From: Octopus sinensis
Taxonomy: Eukaryota
Direction: 5' to 3'
DNA length: 64,000 bases
Assembly: GCF_006345805.1 (NCBI RefSeq)
Contig: NC_043006.1
Location: forward strand, 36,332,001-36,396,000
This document shows positions 26,586 through 39,398 of the stretch, piece by piece. The notes below the pieces were generated by a model. That model saw only the letters and a list, made by a program, of their open reading frames with translations, searched no databases and was not told the DNA's origin. Within the stretch, counting starts at the first letter, position 1, and each line of letters begins with the position of its first letter. A program made the position numbers and the translations under genes.

Positions 26586-27064
26586 CTGAAGATGGGTGGG
26601 GGCAGAGGAAATTTGCAATTAACTCCATTAACCTCAATGTTCTGGAAGATTCTGTTAGAGCAGAGGGACTGCTTTTCTTTTCCAGACTTCAAAAGAATGC
26701 CAATTAAGATTTCTGACTGGAAATGTAAATGTTTACACTGGACTATTTAAGTGAATATTAATGTGAATATATATGCATTGTGTAAGTGGCCTTATAACAT
26801 TATATAGAATTTGAAGTGAGGTAGTGAAATAAGGTTTCCTCTGGAAGCATAAACCCAAACCCTACACTGAGATCTAATCTTGACCTTAACCCACCAAATT
26901 CTTACTGCCTACTGTTCCTATATAAATAGCTTTTTCAAAGCTATCTCATAGATGTGAATAGTTCAATGAATTCCCAGTATATTTTCCTGGAAATTAAATG
27001 TTAAGAGACATTCACTCTCAAACGTGTGTGTGTGTGTGTAGTCCTAATCATGACTGTGTTTTTG

Positions 27065-27108
<44 letters not shown>

Positions 27109-28852
27109 TATATCATATATGCATGTGCACACATTCTCATATACACTAAATTTATGGCTGAGTGAGAGTCAAGTTCTTTTGAAGAAGATCAACGGAAGTG
27201 TGATCAAAGTAAGCTACTAAGGTATATTTTCTCTTTATTTGCACAATGGACTTCTTACATTTCAGTGGAAAAGTTCTTTTTTGCTCTCTCTCTCTCTCTC
27301 TCTCTCTCTCCCCTCTCTCTTCTCCCTACTCCCTGTGCATGTGCTCTTTCTTTTGAGAAGGTGATATTTAATCACGTATATACTCAAATATAAATTCACA
27401 TACACATTTATGTGTGCATGGTTTTGGTTTCAAGAAGGTGATAGCTGATTGCTTATGTGTATACATATGTACATACATAGTGTGTGCACACGTGCCTGTG
27501 AGTGTATGTGTATAGTCTTGATTTTAGTGGGTGATATTTAATTACATAACATGCTAATATGTATGTACATACATCTGTATGTATAGTCCTGATTTTGTGA
27601 ATATGACAATCACATAAGCTCACACAAATACATATATCTTCATATAAAAAGACAAATATCTAAGTTCATATAGACACAAATTATTGACAAGTATTGATAT
27701 ACAACAAGACACTTACGTGTGTATATGCACAATTATACTAAGAAATGTGCATGTAGAATTATGTGCACTTAAATGTATATGTACATATATGCAAACTGAG
27801 ATGCATATAAATACATACACATATATACATAGAGAAAGAAAGAAAAGTCAAACAAATTTTTAACAAGAAAAAACCCAATAGAAAATGAAGAATCGAATAT
27901 TTTTATTCAGTAACTGAATTAACCTTCTGCCATTACTGTGCAACTATAAGTTGTAATGGACTAAAGGATAATCCTACTAGCATCTATAATGTGTGTGTGT
28001 GTGAGAATGCACATACATCCACAATCATGTACATATCATAAATATTAATGTAATCACAGATATGAATATAAAATAGTACCTATGTGTGTTTGCAATTTTG
28101 TGCACATGCACACACATACAGACACACATCCATGCACACATTATGCATTTCTCTGTCTTATACATTTTTCTACTCCAGTTCATGTCATACCTTGCTCCAT
28201 ACCAGGGATCACATTTTTTTAATTCTTTTCTTAATAAGCTAATGTTTTTTTTTTTGAATATTTTTTTCTTGGTAACAGTTTCAAACAAAAATAGAGATGA
28301 AATGTTATTTAATGTAATTTCAATCACTCCACTTTCACTGAGGCCTTCTTCTTTTTAACTTGGTTAAAAGCTGTGCTTCATGTTTCAAGTTTGAAGAATT
28401 CTCTGCCAACCCAAACCCATAACACCAAACCATCCACTACTCCACTTCCACCTTTCGCTCTTCTCTGAAATGCAAGGGCGTGGTTTATTTTCTTGTTTTG
28501 GCAAAGAGTAACAGTCAGGCTAAGCCAATCTGCCAATCTGTGTATTTAAGCTGAAATGATCCATGAAAATGTGCATCAAAATAATGAATAAATAAAAAAA
28601 ATATGTAAAGAAAATAAATCCTTTCATTTTTCAGGGTGGTGGTGGGTAATTGGAAACAATTTCAGAATTGGTTGTAAGGTAGGCAATATGATTTAGTGAA
28701 AGAGGTTTAAGGAACAAAATATATCCAGAAATCCTTTTGTTATTAAGACAATCTTGCATTTTTTTTTTGTTAGATTTCATTTTTCTAATTTGTTTTCTTT
28801 TTTTGTGGATTCAAATGTTTTTACAGCAAAAGTAAATTTATATTATATAATT

Positions 28853-29007
28853 GCAGGTATGGCTGTGTAGTCTAGAAATTTACATTCCAGTCACATGATT
28901 TCTGATTCAATATCACTCTGTGGCACTTTGGGCAAATGTCTTCTACAATAGCCCTTGGCCAGCCAAAGCCTTGATTGGATTTGGTTGTCAGAAACTGAAA
29001 GAAGCTC

Positions 29008-29064
<57 letters not shown>

Positions 29065-30429
29065 GTATGTATATGTGTGTGTGTATGTATGTAATATATA
29101 TATCTATTGGCTCATCCCATAAATAATGCAGTTTTTTTATACTTTTATTTTTCAAACATAAGATAAACAAAGTTCTTTTTAAATCTAAAATATACTCTCC
29201 TTCATTTTCTTCAATGCTCTTCCATCTATCCGTTAGATTTTCAAGGCCCCTCTTCCAAAATTCACTTGTCTGTGATGAAAAATCCTCCTACAGTACTGTT
29301 CTGACCTTGTCTACAGAATTCATATTTTTTCCATCCAAATGATTTTGATGACTGTGGAATAAATGGCAATGTCCAGTGAATATGGTGGGTGGGGCATTGT
29401 TTTCCCATTCAAATTGCTCCAGCCTTTGGAATGTCATCCTTGCTGTATGTGGCTGAGCATTATCCTGATGGAAGAACACCTTTCATCTTGAAACCAAAGC
29501 TGGTCGTTTTTCTTCTAGCACTGACTCAAGCCACTCAAGCTGCTCACAGTAGATCTCCTTTGTTATCAATGGTTTGGGTTTAAAATTTCAAAGTGAACTA
29601 AACCTTCCATATTCCTCCAAATAGATAACAACACCATACGTGGGGGAAGACCTTTTTAATCCTGGGGTGCCAGTGTTTCTCCACTTTCTATCCAATGTCT
29701 TCAATGCTTGACATTTTTATAGAGAACTAGTTTCTCATCACCAGTCACTATTCGGTCGAAAATGGCTCATTCGTGAGATGTGACAGTAAAGAAGAGTACA
29801 TATTCACTCTCTGCATGCAAATAGACTCAGAAAGTTTGTGAGGAACCCATTGACCCAATTTGCTGATTTTTCTGATGGCACCCCCTCTTTTTAGCATCTG
29901 CTGGTTCCTCAACAGTTACGATGGGATTTTGTTCCACCAGGGTTTGCAGGATTCCTTATTGAACTCTACAGATCTTCCAGGATGAGGCTCATCTTCTAGG
30001 CTGTATTTTACAGATCGGAATTTCTGGAACCATTGTTGACACTGGTTTACACTTATTGTCTGATACCCATATACTGCATTAATATTCCTTGCACTTTCTG
30101 TTGTTGTTGTTGTTGTTGCCTTAATTGAACTCAAAGCAAAACATGCCGAATATGCTCCTCTGTCACTTCCATTATAGCTTTGAAGAAATAGCTGTTAAAA
30201 TCGAGCTGCACTCTTCAACACTTGCACTAAGAATAAGGCAAGGTAAAATTACTAACTGCTTTTATAACAAGTTGTTGCAAGCAGTTTATCCCATCCCTCT
30301 CCTACTTTTAGTTCTTGCAATTGAAAAAAAAAAAAAACGCATTATTTATGGGATGACCCAATACATGTGTGTGTGTATATATATATATGTGTGTGTGTGT
30401 ATGTACATGTGTGTGTGTGTATGTACATA

Positions 30430-30472
<43 letters not shown>

Positions 30473-30722
30473 TGTATGTGTGCCTGTGATATAGGTACAT
30501 ATGTATGTTTGCGTCTCCTTATGTTGACATCACATCATAGTTGCAAATGTGTGTCACTGTCATAGATGGAGTATCATCCATTTCCAATATTCTGCTAAAG
30601 TGCCTGATCATGGGGAAAATATTACCTTGTTTGGAAATGGGTGAGGGTTGACAACAGAAAAGTCATCCAGCTGTAGAAAATCTGCTTCAATAAACTCCGT
30701 CTTACACATGACAGCATGGAAA
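28853..30722 (+). mobile_element. SINE family B split by a mariner insertion (head 28853-29010, tail about 30505-30722)
   Basis: The head and the RTE-like tail flank the internal microsatellite, which contains the mariner. Confidence 0.8.
29107..30361 (-). mobile_element. Full-length (1255 bp) mariner (DD34D-type) fossil with TIRs and TA target duplication
   Basis: TA|TTGGCTCATCCCATAAATAATGCAGTTTTT ... AAAAACGCATTATTTATGGGATGACCCAA|TA. Disrupted minus-strand transposase motifs: QQWFQKFR..SLEDEPHPGR, QWVPHKL, RIVTGDEK, FHQDNAQPH, PHPPYSLDIA. Confidence 0.95.
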
Positions 30723-30973
30723 GGTAAACCTCATATGTGAGGGTGCAGTCTAAATTGTGTGTTTTGGTATTTATATCTCTACAGTCTGAGGGTCAGCTCC
30801 TGTTGGATTCAACTTTGCCTTTTATATTTATCCAGAGATTGGATAAAATAATACCAATCAAATTTCTGAAGTCAATTATATCATCTTAGCCCTTCCCCCT
30901 TTCTCAAGATAAAAAATAAATCTTATGGCCTTGTGCTAATGTTAAAATCATTTTTCAGAATATATTTCTATTA

Positions 30974-31179
30974 TTTACTCTTTTTTTTTTACTTGTTTCA
31001 GTCATTTGACTGCGGCCATGCTGGAGCACTGCCTTTAGTCGAGCAAATTGATCCCGGGACTTATACTTTGTAAGCCCAGTACTTATTCTATCGGTCTCTT
31101 TTGCCGAACCGCTAAGTGACGGTTGTCAAGCAATGCTAGGGTGACAAACACAGACAGACAAACCCACACACACACACAT

Positions 31180-31253
<74 letters not shown>

Positions 31254-31414
31254 TACAACAGGCTTCTTTCAGTTTCCGTCTACCAAATCCACTCACAAGG
31301 CATTGGTCGGCCCAGGGCTATAGCAGAAGACACTTGCCCAAGATGCCACGCAGTGGGACTGAACCCAGAACCATGTGGTTGGTTAGCAAGCTATTTACCA
31401 CACAGCCACTCCTG
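30974..31414 (-). mobile_element. SINE family A, young copy
   Basis: CpG-retaining copy: ACTTGTTTCAGTCATTTGACTGCGGCCATGCTGGAGCAC...CACGCAGTGGGACTGAACCC...CACACAGCCACTCCTG. Confidence 0.92.
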
Positions 31415-33143
31415 TTTATTGATAATATTAAACTTTTACAATTCTACATGTGTATATCAGAATATAATATACTGCATCTCATACACACGCACATGAAGTT
31501 TACAATATCTCAAAGCTGGTGCACTTCATTATTTCATCTTGTAATTGTTTGTTAACATTAGATCAACCCTATTTCAGCCAGATTCATAGAAACCTTTTAG
31601 CTCTGACCTCTTTATCATTTATTCTTTATTTCTCCAGGGATAGTTTATTTAGGATTGATACAAAGAAGTGAATTTTTAAGACAGTAGGGTGTGCTTTGAA
31701 GATTTGTTTACTTTTTCTTGCAAGTTAAGTGACCATATAGAAGCATCTTTATTGGTTCATCACTTTTTTTTCATATTATGTCAAGATGTGTTGCTGAAGA
31801 AGATGAAGTATGAATCTAGGTCTCCCGATACATCTCATTATTCTCTGTGATGATTATCATTGATGTTCCCGAGGTTGTAAGGACTAAATGCATTGTAGTA
31901 TTTCTTTTTGTCTCTCTATGTTCTGAATTCCATGTTCCTCCTTCTGGTGTGAATAATATGTAGTATATAGGAATCACTTTAATCATTTCTCTCTACAAGC
32001 CAAGGAAGCTTCTTCTGTATAGTTCCTCTTAAAAAGAAAAGAATGCATTGGATAGTATGACCCTAAATACACTATGGCTGAAAGAAAAATGGGTTAGTTA
32101 TGGCTAGAAAAAACCTTTAGTCATAGGTTTGCTAGATCAGGACTGACTAAAGCAGCAAAAATAACAACAATTAATTTACTCCATTGTTAAAATGATTCAT
32201 GTCTGATCACAAAAAATCCATATTAGCTCTATGTTCCTTTGTTCTGCGTTCAACTCCTCATGATGTTGATTTGTTTCTCATCTTTCCAAGTATGATTATG
32301 TGACTAAGAAGTTTTTTCTCAAAAGTATGTAGTTTTGGGTTCAATCTCACTGCATGATACCTTTGGCAAGTGTCTCTTCTCAAATCAATTAATGCCTTAT
32401 GAATGAAATTTGGTCAGTGGAATCTCATCAAAGAGGCTATTCCTGTTCTTGGATGCTAGACTTCTTCTGTTGCTTGGATTAATACCACTATCTTAGTCCA
32501 TGGCTGCAAACATTCAGGCCAGTTCTATGGATAGCTTCTTCCTTTCCCCCATCAACTGAAAAGAGTTGTAGGTATTGCGCTTCATCCTCTTGTTATACAA
32601 GAAAAAAACAAGACCAAATGTGATAGGTTCTAGTCAATTAATATGGCCATTTTATTAAATCCATCACATAAAATTTAGGATCTTATGTAAATATAAGAAA
32701 CCATTATTAGAGTTCACTTGAGCTGTTAAAAGTAACAACCAAGTCTCTCTTAGAAAAGCTTGGACACATTGAATAATATGACTCTAGATATACAATATAT
32801 GAACACATGATGGATGGCTAAGGCTGGAATAGCTTTGATCATAGGTCTGTTAGCCCAGAGTTTGATCTAAAATAACCACTACCATCATTCTTTGATCAAT
32901 TACTTTAGTAAGAGAAATGTTTGTGTGTTTTGCCTCAACTTGAGCATGTGCAGATAAATTTACAAATATTCTATCTGGAGATCAAAATAGAAATTGAGGA
33001 AATTAGGTAAATAGATCAATAACTATTTATTTGATCAGCAAACAGTCTGATAAATATTTTTATTCTGTGTTTATTTAAAGTTGCCCATCCTAAAATCTTA
33101 GAGTGAAAGCATGAAGTTTTCATTTGAAAAGCAGTATGACAGT

Positions 33144-33442
33144 TTATTACTGAGTCAGCGAAAGCAGGGTGTTGTTGCTCGTCTTGATATGTTTATCTGT
33201 GTGTTTGCAAAATTACTGGAAAACGGCTGAACAGATTTTTACCAAATTTGGCTGAAATGCTCATTGGATGGCTGGCTTGAACTCACTGAATTCTGGTTTG
33301 GTGAATCAAAATGTTTTTTTTTTTTTGCATATGCATAAACAATAAGCAAGGGAAATAACTCTTGATGTCATTTTGTTGAGATTATTAAATTAAATTTTAC
33401 TTTATCCTTGTGTGTGCACAGGGTATGCATAACCCCTCTAAT
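33144..33442 (+). mobile_element. Helentron-associated non-autonomous element (HINE/DINE-like), degraded
   Basis: TTATTAC start, internal GAAAACGGCTGAACAGATTTTTACCAAATTTGG motif typical of these elements, and a 3' hairpin GGGTATGCATAACCC followed by CTCTA. Confidence 0.6.
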
Positions 33443-35154
33443 GCCTTTTTTTCTCTCATTATACTACTTTAGTTCTGTTAACATTGTTTAACCCCAGGTC
33501 ATCTCTTATCTAGATGTGCCCATCCTGTATCTTGTGTATCTAGCACATTATTCAGTGTATACTTTTTTTTTTAATGAAAATGGAGTGTTATTTGAAGGAG
33601 GTATCATTGTGATTGCTAGTATGTTGAAATCTACGTAGAAGCTTGCTTTGTTGGTTTGTTTCTTTAATGTTGGCTTCCAAAGCATTGAGCTAAACTGTAT
33701 TGTTAGGATTGCATTTGTGTTCTTGTATCTTTGCTGCACCCATCAAAACTATGATCATCATCATTTGCAATGAATAAAGCTATTAAAACAATTTTGTTGT
33801 ATACTTTTGTATTTTTATTTTTTTAATTAGTGTTCAAATTAGAAGAACAAGAATTTTCTTTGTTGTAGATTCTTTTGGTTTACTGCAATTTTCATTTTTC
33901 TTGTTTATTATTGATAAAAAAATATCAAAAGTTTAAAAAGACTTTTTTTCCCTTTGACTTCTATTAAACATTTCTTTTTTTATAATTTAATTTCATTGTC
34001 ATTTTCAATTTTTGTATTTTTAAGGAATTTTTTTTATCGAGTGAAAGAACTCAATCTCTAGCAGGATTTCTACTTTATGGTCTTAGCATTAAGTTAATGC
34101 ATGCATACATACAAACGTGCATACGTGCACATGCACATATGCTGTCATATAAACACAAGAGTCAATGAACATAATCATGCACAAATACTTGCAAACAAAT
34201 ACACTTGCTCTTCTACACACACACATGCAAACATAGCGTTCACAGGAATGCACATACACAAAGACACTTAACCATGTATGCATGCAGATAAACAAAGTGC
34301 AGTATAACCACGTGTATGTGCACTCATACATGCATTCAAGCAAATGTACACATGTTGTGCAAATACATACTTTCATGGGCACACATGCATGAAAATACAA
34401 ATGCAAGAGAGCACATACACATAAAAATGTACATTCACATAGAAGTATATGAGCACACTATTATACATACACAAACCCTCACATACCTCTAGATTTCTCT
34501 CCTTCTCTCTCTCTCTCTCATACACACACACACATATCATTCCTCTCTTTATAACACACCATTTTCCTTAATTCAGAGATGGAATGCCTGAAGTGACTTT
34601 CTTAATTTCTATGTTAATTTTAAAATTGTTCAATGGAGGTGAAGATCAAACATGCTAAATCCACAACAATTGACTTAATTAGACCTATGGACAGGATATG
34701 TTCACCTGACCTGTTTGTTGCTGTTATTCCACTCCAGATTACTCTCATCCAGTTGACCTATAATCAGTGGTATTCCAGCTATGATCATCTTGTCTTTTAT
34801 TCGCTCATAGTCTGCCTAGAATTGCATTATCTACTTTCTTGTGATTTGATGGACATTTGTTTGCTATTTCTTGTAGATGAAGCAATGCTATAAAAGCTCT
34901 GGCCTGAATTCATGGTGTCTGGTAATGGAATTTGGATCCCTGCTTCCCACCCAATAATTCAACATTGGAAATATGAGACTACAAGTAAAGGGGCTATCCG
35001 TCTTAGAATTAAGAGAAAGGGACATTAAATACTGTAATCGTAGATCTACAATGTCAAGAAAAATAGACAGAAAGGCCATGGCTTTTATAGCTTGATTACC
35101 TTTGTGTGTGTGTTGGTATCTTCCTGTCTTGAAATTGAATGGTTGTTGTAAATG

Positions 35155-35330
35155 AATGTCCATTCATTTCCAATATTCTACATTAACATGTCTAATTATA
35201 GGGAAATATTAGCTTACTTGGAAACTGGCAAATGCTAGTTACAAGGAGGGCATCTGGCTGCAGAAAATCTGCTCCTATAAATTTCATCTGACCCTGCAAA
35301 CATGGAAAATTAGACATTAAAATATTGACA
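35155..35330 (+). mobile_element. SINE family B tail fragment
   Basis: CATTTCCAATATTCT...TACTTGGAAAC...AGAAAATCTGC...CATGGAAAATTAGACATTAAAAT. Confidence 0.7.
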
Positions 35331-36364
35331 ATATGTGGTCATAGTTGTGAATGGTTCCCATAAAGACAACATATAACTATGTCTCCTACATTAATCCTAT
35401 GACACCTGATGTTAAAACTTTTTGATGTTTGGAATCCTATACACTTTGGTAAATAAAACAACAAAATTGAAAGCTTCAACAAGCTCTAAGGATTCTGTAT
35501 GTTTAAACAACATTATTGCATGCAAGCAATTATGGGCAATGAAATGTTTTCAGTTATGTTAAAAGTTTAGGTATTTTAAGATTAAAATATGTGGCTAGTT
35601 ATTATTTATATTTTTACTCTACTGTTCATGTTATATTGACTGTGTGTATCCTGGCTTTAGAATAAGCACACTAAGTCCTTGTATGTTGTAAAAGTTAAGT
35701 GAAAAGGTTGGCAACAGGAAGGGTACTTGTCTGCCAATCACTGCCTCAAGAAGGGAACATAATGAATGTAACTGAAAATAGAAAAGACTGTCAGGGGTCT
35801 ACATGGGAAAATGGCCTTTATGAGAATATTGTTTTACATTGAAAATTTTAGTAGTTAATTTATTCATAATTTCATAATTTGTTTCTTAGTGTTATTTTTC
35901 AGCTCAAATCACTGAACTTTATGGGACACCTTGTAGTGTGGGATATTAGTTGTAAAACCTGACCTCTAAGTACTAAATGATAGATAATTTATTTTGAGAA
36001 GAGAAAATACTACAGTTAAAAATAGCAGAAATATATAGCTTTTAATTTAAATGTTGAGGTGTTATTACCATCATTGGTAATGTGGATATTCAACCAGGGA
36101 TAGATGCATGGTTCAAGTTTCATCAGTGAACTGTGGCTTTTTTATGACTGTAAAAGTTGCCTATAATATCTAATATCATATCCCATTCATATTTATGATC
36201 TATAGAGACTTTTGACAAACTTGGGCTTTGCATTTTCCTTTATTGTTAATGAAAATAAACACCACATCTCTGTGTGTTTGGTCTTCATCTCAGCTAGGAG
36301 TTGCAGACTAGGAAGAGGAGCAATATATATATAAAAAAAAAGAAAAAAAAAGAAAATAGGTTTG

Positions 36365-36800
36365 CTAATGTATCATATACATGATGTATTTTGAACTCAA
36401 CATTTTTTCCAACATCACATTTGTAATATCTTGACAACAGCTACCTTTAATGTCATCTATGTCCCTATGCTATTTCTTGGCATCATATACCTTGGTACTT
36501 TTTTTCATAAAATATCATCTGTTTCAACATGCTATATCTTTACATCATGTACCTTGCTTTTCTGTACCTCCTAATAGTATATATTGATCATATTTAGTGA
36601 CACATCATATTTTGGTATCATGTATCTTCATATTCTGTCTCTTGATATCATAGACCTTTAAGTAGATACGTATTGATATCATACATCTCTGTACATTATG
36701 TAATATCCTACTCTTTAGTATAATAATTATAACATGATATTCCCTACCAGAACATCATGTATCTTGATATTTTATACTTTAACATTTTACATCTCTCATA
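36365..36800. repeat. Decayed ~15-bp minisatellite (consensus about GATATCATGTATCTT)
   Basis: For example GGTATCATGTATCTT/CATATTCTGTCTCTT/GATATCATAGACCTT at 36614-36658, with recurrent ATCAT.TA.CTTG. Confidence 0.6.
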
Positions 36801-37442
36801 TTTGGTTGGTGTGAATGTTTGAAAGTAAAGCTATCTTATCTGGAAAATATTGATTTTTTTAAAAACCTTCATATAGTAACTTCCCCACTAAATCCCTGAG
36901 GGGACTTTTAGAGAAAGTTGTTGGCTCTAATTTCATGACTAGAAAGATATGATTGACAACTTACCTTTTTGATAGGAAACCAGATTATTGCAGGTGACAT
37001 CCCCTGATGACTTGGTGCCTATTGCCTGGTAATTCAGTGAACTGAGACAATGTCAAATAAGGTTTTGCTCAGAAGCACATAAAAATTCTGCTTTGCATCA
37101 GACTTAAACTTATGATTCCTCAAGGAGGTAGTCATACATTATCCTCTCTACAACTTCACTTACTTGTTTTGACACATTGCCAGTTAATCGAACAAAGGCA
37201 CAGGAATTAGTGAATTACTCTACCCTGCTGGGATTTGAACATACAACTAAGACTGTTGCCAATAATAAATACTGCAATACATTTTATATTGGTGTTCTAC
37301 ACTCTCAGCTATCTTTATAAACATTTATGTTAGACAAATGTTCTTACCATTGTAAGTTGTGTAGTTGATAAAGGATAAACTTATTGCTGACAAAGTCTAC
37401 AGTTTGGTTTCAATTCCATTTCCTTTAACTTGTATTGCTAAT

Positions 37443-37625
37443 AAGGCAGTGAGCTGGCAGAATCAATTAGCTTTGCAGCATTTCTTCTGGCTCTTTACAT
37501 TCTGAGTTCAAATTTTGCCAAGGTCAACCTTTCATCTCTTCAGGATTGATAAAATACAGTACCAGTCAAGTACAAGGCTTAATGTAATCAGATTTTTCCT
37601 TCCCCTAAAAAATTACTGGCCTTGA
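37443..37625 (+). mobile_element. SINE family D (Nin-like)
   Basis: AAGGCAGTGAGCTGGCAGAATC...TTCTGAGTTCAAATT...GATAAAATACAGTACCAG. Other copies lie at about 30750-30950, 44490-44690, 47215-47405 and 63400-63810. Confidence 0.8.
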
Positions 37626-37946
37626 GCCTTGCGATGGACCAGCAACCTGTTCAGGGGAATGTTTTGATCTTGGTCATTTATAAGTCATGGAAACTGAATA
37701 ACCAGTTTTATGAATCTTAGGGCCCAAGAAAAGATATTGCTAATGGCTTGCAAATGTATAGATAATACTATTTATATAAAAATCTTTCAGCTTATTCATT
37801 CTATGAGTCTTGGGGGTTACATCACATCATAAGCATAGTATCAAGCAAAGACACATTGTTTTGTTAGACAGTAGGAGAATAGCCAATCATGCTAATACTG
37901 AGTGGCTGACAAATTATTTTGTGGAATTAAAGTAATACAGTAATAT

Positions 37947-38102
37947 GGAGTAGCTGTGTGGTTAGTAGCTTGCTTAACAATCACATGGTTCTGGGTTCAG
38001 TCCCACTGCATGGCACCTTATGCAAGTGTCTTCTACTATAGCCTCAGGCCAACCAAAGCCTTGTGAGTGGATTTGGTAGACGGAAACTGAAAGAAGCCTG
38101 TC

Positions 38103-38147
<45 letters not shown>

Positions 38148-38378
38148 ATATATAAATATATGTATTTATGTGTGTGTTTGTGTGTCTGTGTTTGTCCCCT
38201 CCAATATCGCTTGACAACTGATGCTGGTGCATTTATGTCCCCATAACTTAGCAGTTTGGCAAAAGAGACGAATAGAATAAGTACTAGGCTTACAAACAAT
38301 AAGTCCTGGGGTCAATTTGCTCGACTAAAGGCAGTGTTCCAGCATGGCCACAGTCAAATGACTAAAACAAGTAAAAGA

Positions 38379-38380
<2 letters not shown>
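37947..38380 (+). mobile_element. SINE family A (full length)
   Basis: tRNA-like head, GGCACCTTATGCAAGTGTCTTCTAC core, internal (TA)n and tail CAGTCAAATGACTAAAACAAGTAAAAGAG. Confidence 0.92.
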
Positions 38381-38441
<61 letters not shown>

Positions 38442-38811
38442 GGGGTGTTGAGAAGGGGAAATAGCAAGTATTCTGTGGTTTAATCAGTAGTAATGTTGTT
38501 GCTGAAAAATCAATCAGCTTGTTTCTCTTTTCTGATTTAAATTGATTATTATGTCTAATATAATTTAAGTTAAAATTTTAGCATTTAATTTATAACAATA
38601 ATTATTATAATAATGATTTCTTACCGAGGCACAAAACCACAAATTGTATGGTTGAAGAAATGGCATATTGTACTGTCTATATATTATGGCTAATGACTTT
38701 GCGATTATAATTTATACTAAGAGAATCACTGTCCTCTGGGTGCATTTCTCATAGTTTATGTATTATATAATGATGACTTTTTCTCTCACCCCTATGTACA
38801 TATGCGCTCGT

Positions 38812-38891
<80 letters not shown>

Positions 38892-39330
38892 TACATTGCC
38901 CAGTGGGTCCTTTCGTAATTTAAAATGATAGGGTGAAATCTGAAAGGAATTTAGGTCAAGCAATCATATAGAAGCTCCCTTCTTAACCATCAAGACTGAC
39001 GTACATTGCTATCATCTGACAGAAGAAAATGTTTAGTGGTGAAATATCAAACATGAATTACATAGGGAAAGTGATAGGTGGCAAGATAAAGGGTTGGTGA
39101 TGTTTCAGTTACATATTTTGATATACTTACATGAGCTTTCTGATGTAAATGAATTAACTACTGTTAAGAATTGAAACCAAATTGCAGACTTGGCTTGCCA
39201 TAAGCTTACTTGTTTATCATTTATCAATTTCTATACTATGCTAATAATAGTAGTATTGGTAGTAATAGTAATAATAATAAATTCCTCTTTTGTTGTCAAA
39301 TTATATATTGTCATTGATAAAGACTTGAAA

Positions 39331-39398
39331 TTAACTTGTTTTCTTTTATTTCCTTTGCAGGTAAGTTGACCTGACTATTTCATATTTTGTGAGTAAGT
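39331..39398 (+). other. Candidate recursive splice site (3'SS|5'SS ratchet point) with 28/32-nt RS-exon
   Basis: TTAAC branch motif at 39331-39335, pyrimidine tract TTGTTTTCTTTTATTTCCTTTG, CAG (39358-39360), then immediately GTAAGT. Downstream donors are GTGAGT (39389) and GTAAGT (39393). Confidence 0.6.
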
